DNA of 64,000 bases from Rhodocyclaceae bacterium (GTDB lineage: Bacteria > Pseudomonadota > Gammaproteobacteria > Burkholderiales > Rhodocyclaceae). The DNA lies in contig JBNLCM010000106.1 in NCBI GenBank assembly GCA_050303815.1, positions 4,938-68,937 of the forward strand, written 5' to 3'. Position numbers and translations under genes: made by a program. Positions 42,936-53,238 of this stretch are shown in pieces (the first letter of the stretch is position 1; the number at the start of each line of letters is the position of its first letter). The notes below the pieces were generated by a model, which saw only the letters and a list, made by a program, of their open reading frames with translations, was not told the DNA's origin and ran no database searches.

Positions 42936-45041
42936 ATGTCGGAACTGATCGGCAGTCTTGCCTTGCTGGATGTCGCGCGCGCCGGGTATGGCTTTGCTGC
43001 CTGCGTTCACGCGCTCTTCGGCCTCTACCTGTTGCTGGCCTGGCGAGGGGGGCGGCCAGGACTCCTGCTCTTTGCGGCGGTGGGGCTCGGTGCCCTGTGG
43101 GCCGGCCTCGCGTTTCTGGCGCTCGGGGACGACGGCCTCTTGCTGCCTCTCCTTGCAAACGGGTTCGATGCGCTCAGGATTGGCGCGTGGTTTGCCTTCC
43201 TGCTGGCTCTGCTCGGCATGCTGGGCGGCGATCGAAGGAGCCTGGGGTGGGCCTGTGCCGGTGCTGTCGGGGTCATCCTCATCGCGATCCTGGGGCAGGG
43301 TGCATTCGCGGCGGATCGGCCTGGGCTGGCGCTGTTCGCGCTGCGTGGCGCGTTTCTTGGCAGCCTGCTCGCGGCGGTGCTGGGTCTCGTGCTGGTCGAG
43401 CAGCTCTTCCGGAGCCTGCCTGCCGACGGGCGCTGGGGTTTCAAGCCCATGTCGCTCGGACTGGTTGCGGCCTTCGCGTTCGATGTCTATCTGTACGCCG
43501 AAGGCCTGCTCTTCCAGCACCTGGATGGGGCCGTGTGGGCCGCACGGGGCTTCGCGCACTCCCTGGTCCTGCCGCTGATTGCGCTGACGGTCGCCAGGAA
43601 CCCGGGCTGGAAGGTTCGCATCAGTATTTCGCGTCAGGCGGTCTTTCATACGACCGCGCTGATCGCGTCCGGCGCCTACCTCCTGCTGGTGGCCGGAGCG
43701 GGTTACTACCTGCGGTTTTTCGGCGGTGACTGGGGGCGGGCCTTCCAGGTGGCGATCGTCTTTGCGGGCCTCCTTGGCCTGCTGGTCGTCGCGGTCTCGG
43801 GCGCGCTCCGGGCGCGATTCCGAGTCTGGTTGTCCAAGCACCTGTTCGCCTACAAGTACGACTACCGCAGTGAATGGCTGGGCTTTACCCGCGCCTTGTC
43901 GGAGAGCAGCGACGGCCGGACGCCGGAAGAGGCTGTCATCAATGCGCTGGCGCGGCTGGTCGAGAGTCCGGGAGGCGGGATCTGGCTGGCCGATGGGTCG
44001 GGTGAGCTGGTGTTTCGCTCGCGACTGAACATGCCCGAGAGCGCGGCCGCCGAGCCGGTCGATGGGCCGTTTGCCTCGTTTCTCGCGCAGCGGGGCTGGA
44101 TCGTCAACCTCGCGGAGTTTCGCTCCCGGCGCGCCATTTACGAGAGCCTGGAGCTGCCCGAGTGGCTGTCGAAGCTGGATGGCGCCTGGCTGGTTGTGCC
44201 ATTGCTCAGCGGTACCTCGCTCGTGGGCTTCGTCGTGCTGCTGTCGCCCCGGACACCGGTCGAGGTCGACTGGGAGGTGCTCGATCTGCTCAAGACGGCC
44301 CAGCAGCAGGCCGCCAGCTACCTGGCCCAGCTGCAGGCGCAGGAAGCCCTGCTCGAGGCGAAGAAGTTCGACGCGTTCAACCGGATGTCGGCGTTCGTTG
44401 TGCATGACCTCAAGAACCTCGTCGCCCAGCTCTCGCTGCTGCTCAGAAACGCCGAGCGCCATCGGGACAATCCCGAGTTCCAGGCCGACATGCTGGAAAC
44501 CGTGGCGCATGTCGAGGGGCGGATGCGCGCCCTGATGAAGCAATTGATGGAGAAGACCTCCATCGACCCCCGCAAACCCATCGACCTGTCTGTCATGGTG
44601 AGTCGCGTCGTGGATGCCAAGGCCGGTCAGCGACCTGCGCCGCAAATTGTCGAGCGGGCGCCCGTGTCCGTTCTGGCGCATGCCGAGCGACTGGAGCGGA
44701 TTCTCGGCCATATCGTGCAAAATGCAATGGACGCCGCGGCGGAGGACGGTAAGGTGGAAATATGCGTGCGCGCTGCCGGGGTCGGGCTTGCCGAGGTTGT
44801 CGTCAGCGACAACGGGACAGGGATGTCCCCGGAGTTCGTGCGCGATGAACTGTTCAAGCCCTTCCGTTCCACGAAGGCCAGTGGCATGGGGATAGGCGCC
44901 TACGAAAGCCGGCAGTATGTCAAGGAAATCGGCGGCTCCATCGATGTCGAGAGCGAACCTGGTGTCGGCACCCGGATGCGGTTGAGACTCCCCGCTTGCG
45001 CGTCGGACGAAAGTTCGCCGGACGGCAACCAGACAGGATGA
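42936..45041 (+). CDS. prsK: PEP-CTERM system histidine kinase PrsK
   Basis: Multi-TM N-terminus, KYDYR.EW, GAF-like region, AFVVHDLKN H-box, GMGIG. Confidence 0.9.
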   Translation: MSELIGSLALLDVARAGYGFAACVHALFGLYLLLAWRGGRPGLLLFAAVGLGALWAGLAFLALGDDGLLLPLLANGFDALRIGAWFAFLLALLGMLGGDRRSLGWACAGAVGVILIAILGQGAFAADRPGLALFALRGAFLGSLLAAVLGLVLVEQLFRSLPADGRWGFKPMSLGLVAAFAFDVYLYAEGLLFQHLDGAVWAARGFAHSLVLPLIALTVARNPGWKVRISISRQAVFHTTALIASGAYLLLVAGAGYYLRFFGGDWGRAFQVAIVFAGLLGLLVVAVSGALRARFRVWLSKHLFAYKYDYRSEWLGFTRALSESSDGRTPEEAVINALARLVESPGGGIWLADGSGELVFRSRLNMPESAAAEPVDGPFASFLAQRGWIVNLAEFRSRRAIYESLELPEWLSKLDGAWLVVPLLSGTSLVGFVVLLSPRTPVEVDWEVLDLLKTAQQQAASYLAQLQAQEALLEAKKFDAFNRMSAFVVHDLKNLVAQLSLLLRNAERHRDNPEFQADMLETVAHVEGRMRALMKQLMEKTSIDPRKPIDLSVMVSRVVDAKAGQRPAPQIVERAPVSVLAHAERLERILGHIVQNAMDAAAEDGKVEICVRAAGVGLAEVVVSDNGTGMSPEFVRDELFKPFRSTKASGMGIGAYESRQYVKEIGGSIDVESEPGVGTRMRLRLPACASDESSPDGNQTG

Positions 45042-45044
45042 ATC

Positions 45045-46412
45045 TTGGAACGTAGTCAGGAAAAGAGAAGGCCCCTGCTGATCGTCGAGGACGATCCGGC
45101 GCTGTCGAAGCAGATGAAATGGGCCTTCGACGGTTATGAGGTGCTGCCCGCGGCTGACCGGGAAACCGCGATCACCCTGTTGAGACGCCATGAGCCCGCC
45201 GTTGTCACCATGGACCTTGGCCTGCCTCCCGACCCGGACGGCGTCAGCGAGGGCTTCCGCCTGCTGGCCGAGATCCTCCAGTTGCAGCCGACCACGAAAG
45301 TGATCGTGCTGACGGGGCAGCATGACCGGGAGAATGCCGTTCGGGCGGTCGGCATGGGGGCCTACGATTTCTTTGCGAAGCCGTTCGAACCCGACCTGCT
45401 GGGGCTTGCGATCGACCGTGCGTATCGTCTCCATGACCTGCAGCAGGAGAATCTGCGGCTTCAGGTGGGTCAGGGGTCGCCCCTCGACGGTTTCCTGACC
45501 CGCGATGCCGCCGTGTTGAAGCTCTGCCGGACCGTAGAGAAGGTCGCCTCCGCCAGTGTCACAACCATGTTGCTCGGTGAGAGCGGGACCGGCAAGGAGG
45601 TCCTGGCCCGAGCCATCCATAACCTGTCGCCAAGAAGCAAGCAGCGATTCGTCGCGATCAATTGCGCGGCCATTCCGGACACACTGCTGGAAAGCGAACT
45701 GTTCGGCTACGAGAAGGGCGCCTTCACGGGTGCCGTCAAGCAGACCCTGGGCAAGATCGAGGTGGCCAACAAGGGCACGCTCTTTCTCGATGAAATCGGC
45801 GACCTGCCGATGCCTCTGCAATCCAAGCTGCTGCGCTTTCTGCAGGAGCGCGTCATCGAGCGTATCGGCGGGCGCGAGGAGATTCCCGTGGATGTCCGGA
45901 TCGTGTGCGCGACGCACCAGGATCTCAAGGGTCTGATCTCGGAAGGCCTGTTCCGTGAGGACCTGTTCTATCGCCTGGCCGAGATCGTCATCGACATTCC
46001 GCCCCTGCGCGAGCGCGAGGGAGATGCCAGCCTCATTGCCCACTCGCTCGTCAAGCGCTTTGCCACCGAGAACGGCCGAGGCAGTCTGCACCTGGGCGAG
46101 GATGCGCTTGCGGCAATCGAGGCCCACCGGTGGCCGGGAAACGTCCGCGAACTTGAAAACTGCATCAAGCGCGCGGTCGTGATGGCCGACGGCAATCGGA
46201 TCGGCGCGGACGACCTGGGCTTCGAGCCGGTGGAAGACGACCTGAACACGCTCAACCTGCGTCAGGTACGCGAGGAGGCTGAACGAGCGGCCGTCGTGCG
46301 CGTGCTGGCTCGAACCAATGGCAATGTTGCCCGGGCGTCGGAGGTGCTTGGCGTCAGTCGCCCGACCCTCTACGACCTGATGAACCGATTCGGTATCCGG
46401 AAGGAAGCATGA
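45045..46412 (+). CDS. prsR: PEP-CTERM-box sigma54-dependent response regulator PrsR
   Basis: REC with [35 protein letters not shown]. Confidence 0.92.
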   Translation: MERSQEKRRPLLIVEDDPALSKQMKWAFDGYEVLPAADRETAITLLRRHEPAVVTMDLGLPPDPDGVSEGFRLLAEILQLQPTTKVIVLTGQHDRENAVRAVGMGAYDFFAKPFEPDLLGLAIDRAYRLHDLQQENLRLQVGQGSPLDGFLTRDAAVLKLCRTVEKVASASVTTMLLGESGTGKEVLARAIHNLSPRSKQRFVAINCAAIPDTLLESELFGYEKGAFTGAVKQTLGKIEVANKGTLFLDEIGDLPMPLQSKLLRFLQERVIERIGGREEIPVDVRIVCATHQDLKGLISEGLFREDLFYRLAEIVIDIPPLREREGDASLIAHSLVKRFATENGRGSLHLGEDALAAIEAHRWPGNVRELENCIKRAVVMADGNRIGADDLGFEPVEDDLNTLNLRQVREEAERAAVVRVLARTNGNVARASEVLGVSRPTLYDLMNRFGIRKEA

Positions 46413-49210
46413 AACAGATCACTATCGGACGTCGTCCGCTTCGGACGCAGGCCCGTCGCACGCTGGTTGCCCTACTCGGCACGGTCCTGCTGTCGGCCTG
46501 CGGTGATTCGCCGGAGCAGATGGTGGCTTCGGCGCGCGCCTATATCGATGCAGGAGACCGTCCTGCCGCCGTCATCCAGTTGAAGAACGCGCTCCAGAGC
46601 CAGCCGGACAACGCCGAGGCGAGATTCCTGCTCGGGCGGCTGAGCGCAGACACCGGGGACAACGCGACCGCCGCCAAGGAGTTTGCGCTGGCACGAAGCG
46701 CCGGCTATCCCGACGAGCAGGTCGTACCACCGCTGGCTCTCGCCATGCTGAAGGCCGGCGACACGGCGGCGCTGCTCGAAAAGTTCTCCGCCACCCGGCT
46801 CGAGGCGCCGGCGGCGAATGCCGAACTCCAGGCCGTGCGCGGCGACGCGCTGCTCCAGCAGGGTCAGTCGGACGAGGGCAAGGCTGCCTACGATGCCGCG
46901 TTGGCAATCGACGGCGAGAATCCGCGGGCGCGGCTGGGCCTGGCCCGGCTCGAAGCACGCGGCGGCAAGCTGGCCGAGGCCCGGCGCATGGCGGATGCGG
47001 TCGTGGCGGCGCATCCCGATTTGCCCGAGGGACGTGAGTTGATTGCCGCCCTCGACATGGCGGAGGGGCGGACGCAGGACGCCATCGCCCAGTACCGGGC
47101 GCTCATCCAGGTCGATCCGCGGCAGCCGACCCACCACTTCCGCTTGATCTCCCTGCTGCTGAAGGAGGGGCAACTCGCCGATGCCCGGCAGGCCCTGGCG
47201 CAGATGAAGCAGGCGACGGGGGGACGTCAGGTCTATGCGCTCTACCTGCAAGCCTACATCGACTTCCTCGACGGCAAGTTCGAAGTGGCGGCGGCGAGCA
47301 TCAACAAGGTCGTCGGCGCCGTCCCGGACTTCGCGGCCGCCCGTCTTCTGGCTGGCGCGGTCTACCTGAAGCGGGAGGACTACAATCAGGCGCTGCAGCA
47401 ACTGGGTGTCGTCCTCAGCGTCGATCCGAAGAACGCGTTGGCGCGTCGGCTGGCAGCGACTGCCCACCTGATGGCCCGGGATCCCGAGAAGGCGCTCGAT
47501 ATGATCAGCCCGCTGCTGGCCAGTTCGCCGGACGACAACATGGTCCAGATGCTGGCCGGGCAGGCCAAGTTGGCACTCGGAGACTTCAGCGGCGCCGCCG
47601 ACGATTTCGAGCGGGCGGTCTCCCAGCGTCCCGAGGATCCGGCCGCACGCGTGCGGCTTGGCGTCAGCCGATTGGGTGCGGGGGCATCCGAAGAGGCCTT
47701 CGCGGACCTTGAGCAGGCATCCCGCCTCGATACCGACGGGGTCCAGGCCGATGTGGCGCTGGCCATGGCGCGCATGAAGCAAGGCAAGCACGCCGAGGCG
47801 CTGGCGGCGGCCGATCAGATTGTCGCCAAGCAGCCGAAGAATCCTCTCGGGGCCAATCTGCGAGGGGGTGCCTTGCTTGCCGCAGGGCGTTCCGACGAGG
47901 CGAGGCTCGCCTTCGAGGCCGCGTTGACCCTGGCTCCGAACTACCTGCCGGCGGCGATCAACCTCGCGCGGATGGATCTTGCCGCGGGCAAGCCGGACGA
48001 GGCCAATGCCCGGCTGGCGGAGACGGTAAAGCGGGATCCGAAGAATGCCAGCGCCCATCTTGCCCGGATCGATCTGCTGTCGAAAACGGGATCATCCGCC
48101 GATGCCGTCGAACAGGCCGTGCGTGCCGGGGTCGAAGCGGCGCCGGAGTCGTCTGGGCTCAAGATGGCGCTGGTTTCGATCCTCGCCAAGCGGGGCGGCG
48201 TGAAAGAGGCGCTTGAAGTGGCTCAGTCTGCGCAGGCGACCAATCCCGACGATCCGAGGGTCGTCGGCATGTTGGCGGCGACCCAGCTTGCGGCTGGCAA
48301 CGCCGAGCAGGCCGTGTCGACCTACGGCCGCCTCGTCGCCCTGCAACCCGGGCAGCCGCGTCCGTTGCTACTGTTGGCTGCGGCCCAGAAGCAGGCTGGC
48401 AGCGCCGGCAACGCGGAACAGACGTTAAGAAAGGCGGTCCGCCAGTTTCCTGACGCCCTGGAGCCCGCGAGCAGTCTCGTCGCGCACCTGATCGAGCAGC
48501 GGGACTATCGCAAGGCCGCCGATTTCAGCCGCGAATGGCAGGCGTCGCATCCCGACAACGCCATGGGCCATCTCCTGGTGGCGGACGTTGCCGTGCGCCA
48601 GTCCGACTGGAAGGCGGCGATCAACTCGCTCCGGAAGTCACTGGCAATGCGACCCGAGACGAAGACGGTTCTCGCCCTGCATGTTGCCCTGACGGCATCG
48701 GGTGATGAGAAGGGCGCGGCCAAGTTGATGTCCGACTGGATCGCCAAGTATCCGCGGGATCTCGTGGCCCGTGGCTATCTCGCGGAACGATACATGGTTG
48801 CGAAGGACTTTCCGGCAGCGTTCAAGGCGTACAAGGCCATGTCGGATTTTGCCCCCGACAATCCGTTGATCCTTAACAATCTGGCCTGGACCGCAAGCCA
48901 GATGAATGACCCGTCTGCGGTGGGCTTCGTGGAGAAGGCGCTCAAGCTTGCGCCCGAAAACCCCGCGATTCTCGATACGGCCGGGATGATCCAGTCCGGC
49001 AAGGGCAACCATCCGGAGGCGGTCCGCCTGCTAGAGAAGGCTGCGGCGGGGGCGCCGGGTTCGCTGCCCATCGGCCTCAATCTGGCCCGTGTCTATGCAG
49101 CCGCCGGCGACACGACGAAGGCAGACGGCGTATTGCAGCGCCTGCTCGCGGCGCATCCAGCGGATGCCCGGTTGCCGGCCGAGGTCGAGCGCATCCGCGC
49201 GGGCTTTTAG
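46409..49210 (+). CDS. prsT: PEP-CTERM system TPR-repeat lipoprotein PrsT
   Basis: Lipobox LSAC, AVIQLKNALQ, many TPRs, LNNLAW; follows prsR. Confidence 0.88.
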   Translation: MKQITIGRRPLRTQARRTLVALLGTVLLSACGDSPEQMVASARAYIDAGDRPAAVIQLKNALQSQPDNAEARFLLGRLSADTGDNATAAKEFALARSAGYPDEQVVPPLALAMLKAGDTAALLEKFSATRLEAPAANAELQAVRGDALLQQGQSDEGKAAYDAALAIDGENPRARLGLARLEARGGKLAEARRMADAVVAAHPDLPEGRELIAALDMAEGRTQDAIAQYRALIQVDPRQPTHHFRLISLLLKEGQLADARQALAQMKQATGGRQVYALYLQAYIDFLDGKFEVAAASINKVVGAVPDFAAARLLAGAVYLKREDYNQALQQLGVVLSVDPKNALARRLAATAHLMARDPEKALDMISPLLASSPDDNMVQMLAGQAKLALGDFSGAADDFERAVSQRPEDPAARVRLGVSRLGAGASEEAFADLEQASRLDTDGVQADVALAMARMKQGKHAEALAAADQIVAKQPKNPLGANLRGGALLAAGRSDEARLAFEAALTLAPNYLPAAINLARMDLAAGKPDEANARLAETVKRDPKNASAHLARIDLLSKTGSSADAVEQAVRAGVEAAPESSGLKMALVSILAKRGGVKEALEVAQSAQATNPDDPRVVGMLAATQLAAGNAEQAVSTYGRLVALQPGQPRPLLLLAAAQKQAGSAGNAEQTLRKAVRQFPDALEPASSLVAHLIEQRDYRKAADFSREWQASHPDNAMGHLLVADVAVRQSDWKAAINSLRKSLAMRPETKTVLALHVALTASGDEKGAAKLMSDWIAKYPRDLVARGYLAERYMVAKDFPAAFKAYKAMSDFAPDNPLILNNLAWTASQMNDPSAVGFVEKALKLAPENPAILDTAGMIQSGKGNHPEAVRLLEKAAAGAPGSLPIGLNLARVYAAAGDTTKADGVLQRLLAAHPADARLPAEVERIRAGF

Positions 49211-49247
49211 TCGTGTTTTTTCTTAGTCAATTCATTCGAGGTGTCAT

Positions 49248-50528
49248 GTGACTACCGTTGCTGTCATCGGACTGGGCTACGTCGGGCTGCCGTTGGCCGT
49301 CGAGTTCGGAAAGAAGTTCAAGACGATCGGATTCGACCTGTCCGAGGCAAAGGTCAAGGCGTATCGGGATTGCATCGATCCCACCGGCGAGGTGTCGAGC
49401 GAGGATCTCCGGGCAGCTACGCAGCTGAGCTGCCATACGGACCCGGCGGCGATCGCCGAGGCCGACTTCATCGTCGTGGCCGTGCCGACCCCGGTTGACG
49501 ACGCCCATCAGCCGGATCTCACACCGCTCGTCAAGAGTTCGGAGACGGTCGGGCGCCATCTCAAGCCGGGGGCCGTCGTGGTCTTCGAGTCAACCGTCTA
49601 TCCCGGTGCAACGGAGGAGGTCTGCATCCCGATCATCGAGCGTCACTCGGGCCTGCGCTGGAAAGAAGGCTTCTTTGTCGGGTATTCGCCCGAACGGATC
49701 AATCCGGGCGACAAGGAGCGGACCGTCACCAAGATCGTGAAGGTGGTCTCCGGCGACACGCCGGAAACCCTCGAGACGGTGCGCCGCATGTACGGCGCCG
49801 TCATCACGGCCGGTGTCTATCCCGCCAGTTCGATCAAGGTGGCCGAGGCTGCGAAGGTGATCGAGAACACCCAGCGTGACCTGAATATCGCCCTGATGAA
49901 CGAGTTGTCCCTGATCTTCCACAAGATCGGGATCGATACACTTGAGGTCCTGGAAGCGGCAGGCACCAAGTGGAACTTCCTGCCCTTCCGGCCGGGTCTT
50001 GTGGGCGGGCACTGCATTGGCGTCGATCCCTACTACCTGACTTACAAGGCCGACATGCTGGGTTATCACCCGCAGGTCATTCTGGCGGGCCGTCGCATCA
50101 ACGACGGCATGGGCAAGCATGTGGCGGAGCAGACCATCAAGTCGATGATCCAGGCGGGTTGCGGCATCAAGGGTTCGAAGGTGGCCGTGCTGGGCCTGAC
50201 GTTCAAGGAGAACTGCCCCGACCTGAGGAACAGCAAGGTGATCGACGTGATCCGCGAGCTGGAGAGCTTCGGATGCGAGGTCCTCGTGCATGATCCGGTC
50301 GCTGAAGCGGACGAGGCCGTGCATGAATATGGCGTGTCCCTGACCGACTGGGCCGCCCTGCCGGCGTGCGATGCCATCGTTGCCGCCGTGGCGCACAAGG
50401 CATATCTCGACATGGGCGTCGATGCGCTGTTGTCGCGCCTGCGCGAGGGAGGCGTCTTCACCGACGTGAAGTCGGCCTTCGATCGCAAGGCGCTCGAAGA
50501 GAAGGGTGTGCAGGTGTGGCGCCTGTGA
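49248..50528 (+). CDS. Nucleotide-sugar dehydrogenase (WbpO/TviB-like)
   Basis: GLGYVGLP, ESTVYPG, YSPERINPG, GGHCIGVDP. Confidence 0.92.
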   Translation: MTTVAVIGLGYVGLPLAVEFGKKFKTIGFDLSEAKVKAYRDCIDPTGEVSSEDLRAATQLSCHTDPAAIAEADFIVVAVPTPVDDAHQPDLTPLVKSSETVGRHLKPGAVVVFESTVYPGATEEVCIPIIERHSGLRWKEGFFVGYSPERINPGDKERTVTKIVKVVSGDTPETLETVRRMYGAVITAGVYPASSIKVAEAAKVIENTQRDLNIALMNELSLIFHKIGIDTLEVLEAAGTKWNFLPFRPGLVGGHCIGVDPYYLTYKADMLGYHPQVILAGRRINDGMGKHVAEQTIKSMIQAGCGIKGSKVAVLGLTFKENCPDLRNSKVIDVIRELESFGCEVLVHDPVAEADEAVHEYGVSLTDWAALPACDAIVAAVAHKAYLDMGVDALLSRLREGGVFTDVKSAFDRKALEEKGVQVWRL

Positions 50529-50544
50529 CACCCGGACCGGGCCG

Positions 50545-51309
50545 GTGACGCGGCGGCAGGCGTTATGGGGAGGGCTGGCGCTGCTTGCGGCGCTCTCGCT
50601 GCCGGCGCGCGCGGAAGGCCGGCTGGCCGACACCATTGCGCGCGTCAAGCCTTCGGTCGTCGCGGTGGGAACCTACCAGCGCACCCGAAGCCCGGCCTTC
50701 AAGTTCCTGGCCACCGGATTCGTGGTGAGGGACGGCAATACCGCGGTCACCAATTCGCATGCGGTGCCGGTCATGCTCGATGCCGAACAGTTCGAGCGCC
50801 TGGTGGTTGCCCTGCCGGCTGGCGATGGCAAGGGGCAGATTCGCGTTGCGGAGCGGGTTGCGCAGGACAACGCCCACGATCTGGCCGTGCTGCGGTTCGA
50901 AGGGGCGCCGTTGCCGCCCCTCGAACTGGCCGGTGACGAAGCGCTGCCGGAAGGCAGTGAGGTCGCCTTTACCGGCTTTCCGATCGGCAGCGCGCTCGGT
51001 CTCGCCCCGGTCACCCACCGCGGTATCGTGTCGGCCTGGACTCCGATCAGCATCCCGCAGGGCAACGCGCAGCGGCTCGATCCAAGAATGGTGCGCAGTC
51101 TCTCCGAGCCGTTTCGTGTCTATCAACTCGACGCGACGGCCTATCCCGGAAACAGCGGTAGCCCGCTCTACGATGCGGAGCGCGGCGTAGTGGTCGGCAT
51201 CATCAACATGGTCTTCGTGAAGAGTACCAAGGAGAACGTACTCTCCGATCCGTCCGGCATCACCTATGCCATTCCCGTGCGCTATCTGCGCAGCCTCCTC
51301 GCGCCCTGA
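50545..51309 (+). CDS. Trypsin-like (S1) serine protease, probable Tat substrate
   Basis: TRRQAL + hydrophobic stretch + ARA signal; TNSH, DLAVL, PGNSGSP triad; no PDZ; start uncertain. Confidence 0.82.
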   Translation: MTRRQALWGGLALLAALSLPARAEGRLADTIARVKPSVVAVGTYQRTRSPAFKFLATGFVVRDGNTAVTNSHAVPVMLDAEQFERLVVALPAGDGKGQIRVAERVAQDNAHDLAVLRFEGAPLPPLELAGDEALPEGSEVAFTGFPIGSALGLAPVTHRGIVSAWTPISIPQGNAQRLDPRMVRSLSEPFRVYQLDATAYPGNSGSPLYDAERGVVVGIINMVFVKSTKENVLSDPSGITYAIPVRYLRSLLAP

Positions 51310-51313
51310 GGGC

Positions 51314-51341
51314 AAAAAAATGCCGCGCTCGCGGCGCGGCA
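51314..51341 (-). terminator. Intrinsic terminator oriented for a minus-strand transcript
   Basis: Minus strand reads TGCCGCGC-CGCGA-GCGCGGCA-TTTTTTT. Confidence 0.7.
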
Positions 51342-51684
51342 ATGAGGAGCTTCGTGAAGAATGAACGGGTGGTGCGCACCACCCTGGCTGCATGGAGAGG
51401 GGACCCCTTTCCGATGCCGGGAATCTCCTCTCCGCTGCTCCGTTCGGCGGCTGTGGATGCGCCGCCCCGGCTTGCCCCGATCAGGCCCCGCGACCGACAA
51501 GGCCATGAGCAAACCCACAGTCTTAATGTTTAGCAGATGTTGGCGGATTTCGCTCGCTCCGTACCCGGTCGACGCAGCATGCCTGTGACACAATAAGCGC
51601 CCGGCCCGGGTGTGGCGCGTCAGCGCCCCGGGCCACGCATATCCGGACAGAAAGGCACAACATCCCACCGGCGGGGGGGCAGAC

Positions 51685-52560
51685 ATGCGCTTCGACAATC
51701 AGGAGCAGAGTCGCAATATCGAGGATCGGCGGGGCAGCCGCATGGGCGGCCGTTCCGGACGTGGCCGGCGGGCGGGCGGTATTGGCATCGGCACCATCGT
51801 CATCGCGCTGATCGCCATGTACTTCGGCGTCGATCCTTCGATTGTGCTCAACAATGCCGGTATGGCACCCCCGCCGGCCGGCCAGTCGGCCCCCGCGGGA
51901 CCCCGGCCCGCAGGAGAGGATGCGCTCGCGCGGTTCGTCTCGATGGTGCTCGCCGACACGGAGAAGACCTGGCATGCCCTCTTTCAGGCAGGTGGGCGCC
52001 GTTACGTGGAGCCGAAGCTGGTGCTGTTCACCGGGGCGACCCAGACGGCTTGCGGCGTCGGCCAGGATGCCATGGGGCCGTTCTATTGCCCGCGCGACCA
52101 GAAGGTCTACATCGACCTGGGCTTCTATGACGACCTCCGCGAGCGCTATCGCGCGCCAGGAGACTTCGCCCAGGCCTACGTCATCGCGCATGAGATCGGC
52201 CACCATGTCCAGAATCTGCTGGGCATCTCCACCAAGGTTCAGGCGTTGCGGCAGCGGGTCTCCGAGCGTGAGGGGAACCAGTTGTCGGTTCGCCTGGAGT
52301 TGCAGGCGGACTGTCTCGCGGGAATCTGGGCGCATCATGCCGACCGTGCCAGGAACGTCCTGGAGACTGGAGATGTGGAGGAGGCGCTGGCCGCAGCGAC
52401 GGCGATCGGCGACGATCGGCTGCAGAAGCAGGCGCGCGGCTTCGCCGTGCCCGACAGCTTTACGCACGGGAGTTCGGCGCAGCGCGTCCACTGGTTCCGG
52501 ACAGGCCTGGCGTCGGGCGATTTCGGTGCCTGTGACACGTTTTCAGCGGAGGCGCGCTAA
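51685..52560 (+). CDS. Neutral zinc metallopeptidase (YpfJ family)
   Basis: SRNIEDRRG, GPFYCP.D, AHEIGHHVQ, ELQADC, HGSSAQR. Confidence 0.92.
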   Translation: MRFDNQEQSRNIEDRRGSRMGGRSGRGRRAGGIGIGTIVIALIAMYFGVDPSIVLNNAGMAPPPAGQSAPAGPRPAGEDALARFVSMVLADTEKTWHALFQAGGRRYVEPKLVLFTGATQTACGVGQDAMGPFYCPRDQKVYIDLGFYDDLRERYRAPGDFAQAYVIAHEIGHHVQNLLGISTKVQALRQRVSEREGNQLSVRLELQADCLAGIWAHHADRARNVLETGDVEEALAAATAIGDDRLQKQARGFAVPDSFTHGSSAQRVHWFRTGLASGDFGACDTFSAEAR

Positions 52561-52581
52561 CCGTCGGGTTGGCTTCACGGG

Positions 52582-53205
52582 ATGATCAGAGCGCGGATCC
52601 TGCTTGGCGTCGTGGCGATTCTCGGCTTGGCCGCCTGGCCCCATTTCGTTTCGACGGGCACCGTACGCTTGCTGCTGCTCGAAGACGGGCTGATCGAGAA
52701 CCTTGCCGTGGTGCTCTGGGTCGGAGCGGCCCTGGTGGCGCTCTTGCGGCGGTTTCCGCCCAGTCGCTTGATGCTTGCCTACGCGGTGGTCTTCCTTGTG
52801 CTGGCACTCCGTGAGTCGGACGCACTGTCGGGGCTGCCGGGAGGCGGTAAACAGGCGCTGCGCTCGGCCTTCTACCTTGGCGAGACTGGCGCGCCGCTGG
52901 CATGGCGGGTCGCGCTCGGCCTGTCGTTGTGCGCGACGGTCTGGGCCTTGGCGGAGGCTGCCTACGGCACGCTGCGCAGCCTTCGCGGACGTGGCGAGCT
53001 TGACCGGAGAACCTTGCGACGCCTGATCGTGGGCGGGACCGTTCTGGTCGTCAGCCAGCTCTTCGAGTCGGCGCAGGACTGGGTGGGGGGCTGGGGCAGT
53101 CTGGCCCAGCCCTTGGCCCGCAGTTTCTGGTCGCTGGAGGAGTCGCTCGAGGCGGTCGCGCCCGCGATCATGGCCTTCGCCCTCTTCCGGCCACCGCTCC
53201 GCTGA
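52582..53205 (+). CDS. Hypothetical multi-pass membrane protein
   Basis: About 6 hydrophobic segments; EDGLIEN, LRESD, LEESLE; fills the intergenic space. Confidence 0.6.
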   Translation: MIRARILLGVVAILGLAAWPHFVSTGTVRLLLLEDGLIENLAVVLWVGAALVALLRRFPPSRLMLAYAVVFLVLALRESDALSGLPGGGKQALRSAFYLGETGAPLAWRVALGLSLCATVWALAEAAYGTLRSLRGRGELDRRTLRRLIVGGTVLVVSQLFESAQDWVGGWGSLAQPLARSFWSLEESLEAVAPAIMAFALFRPPLR

Positions 53206-53238
53206 TTACCGGACTCGGGTCCTATCGCGCAGGCCGGC

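Noticed and set aside
42786-46127. 1113-aa minus-strand ORF
   Set aside because: Antisense shadow of prsK/prsR with no domain signal; expected in high-GC coding DNA
40134-51309. tRNA-Leu as an integration site for the EPS/Prs locus
   Set aside because: No integrase, and I found no duplicated tRNA 3' end by eye
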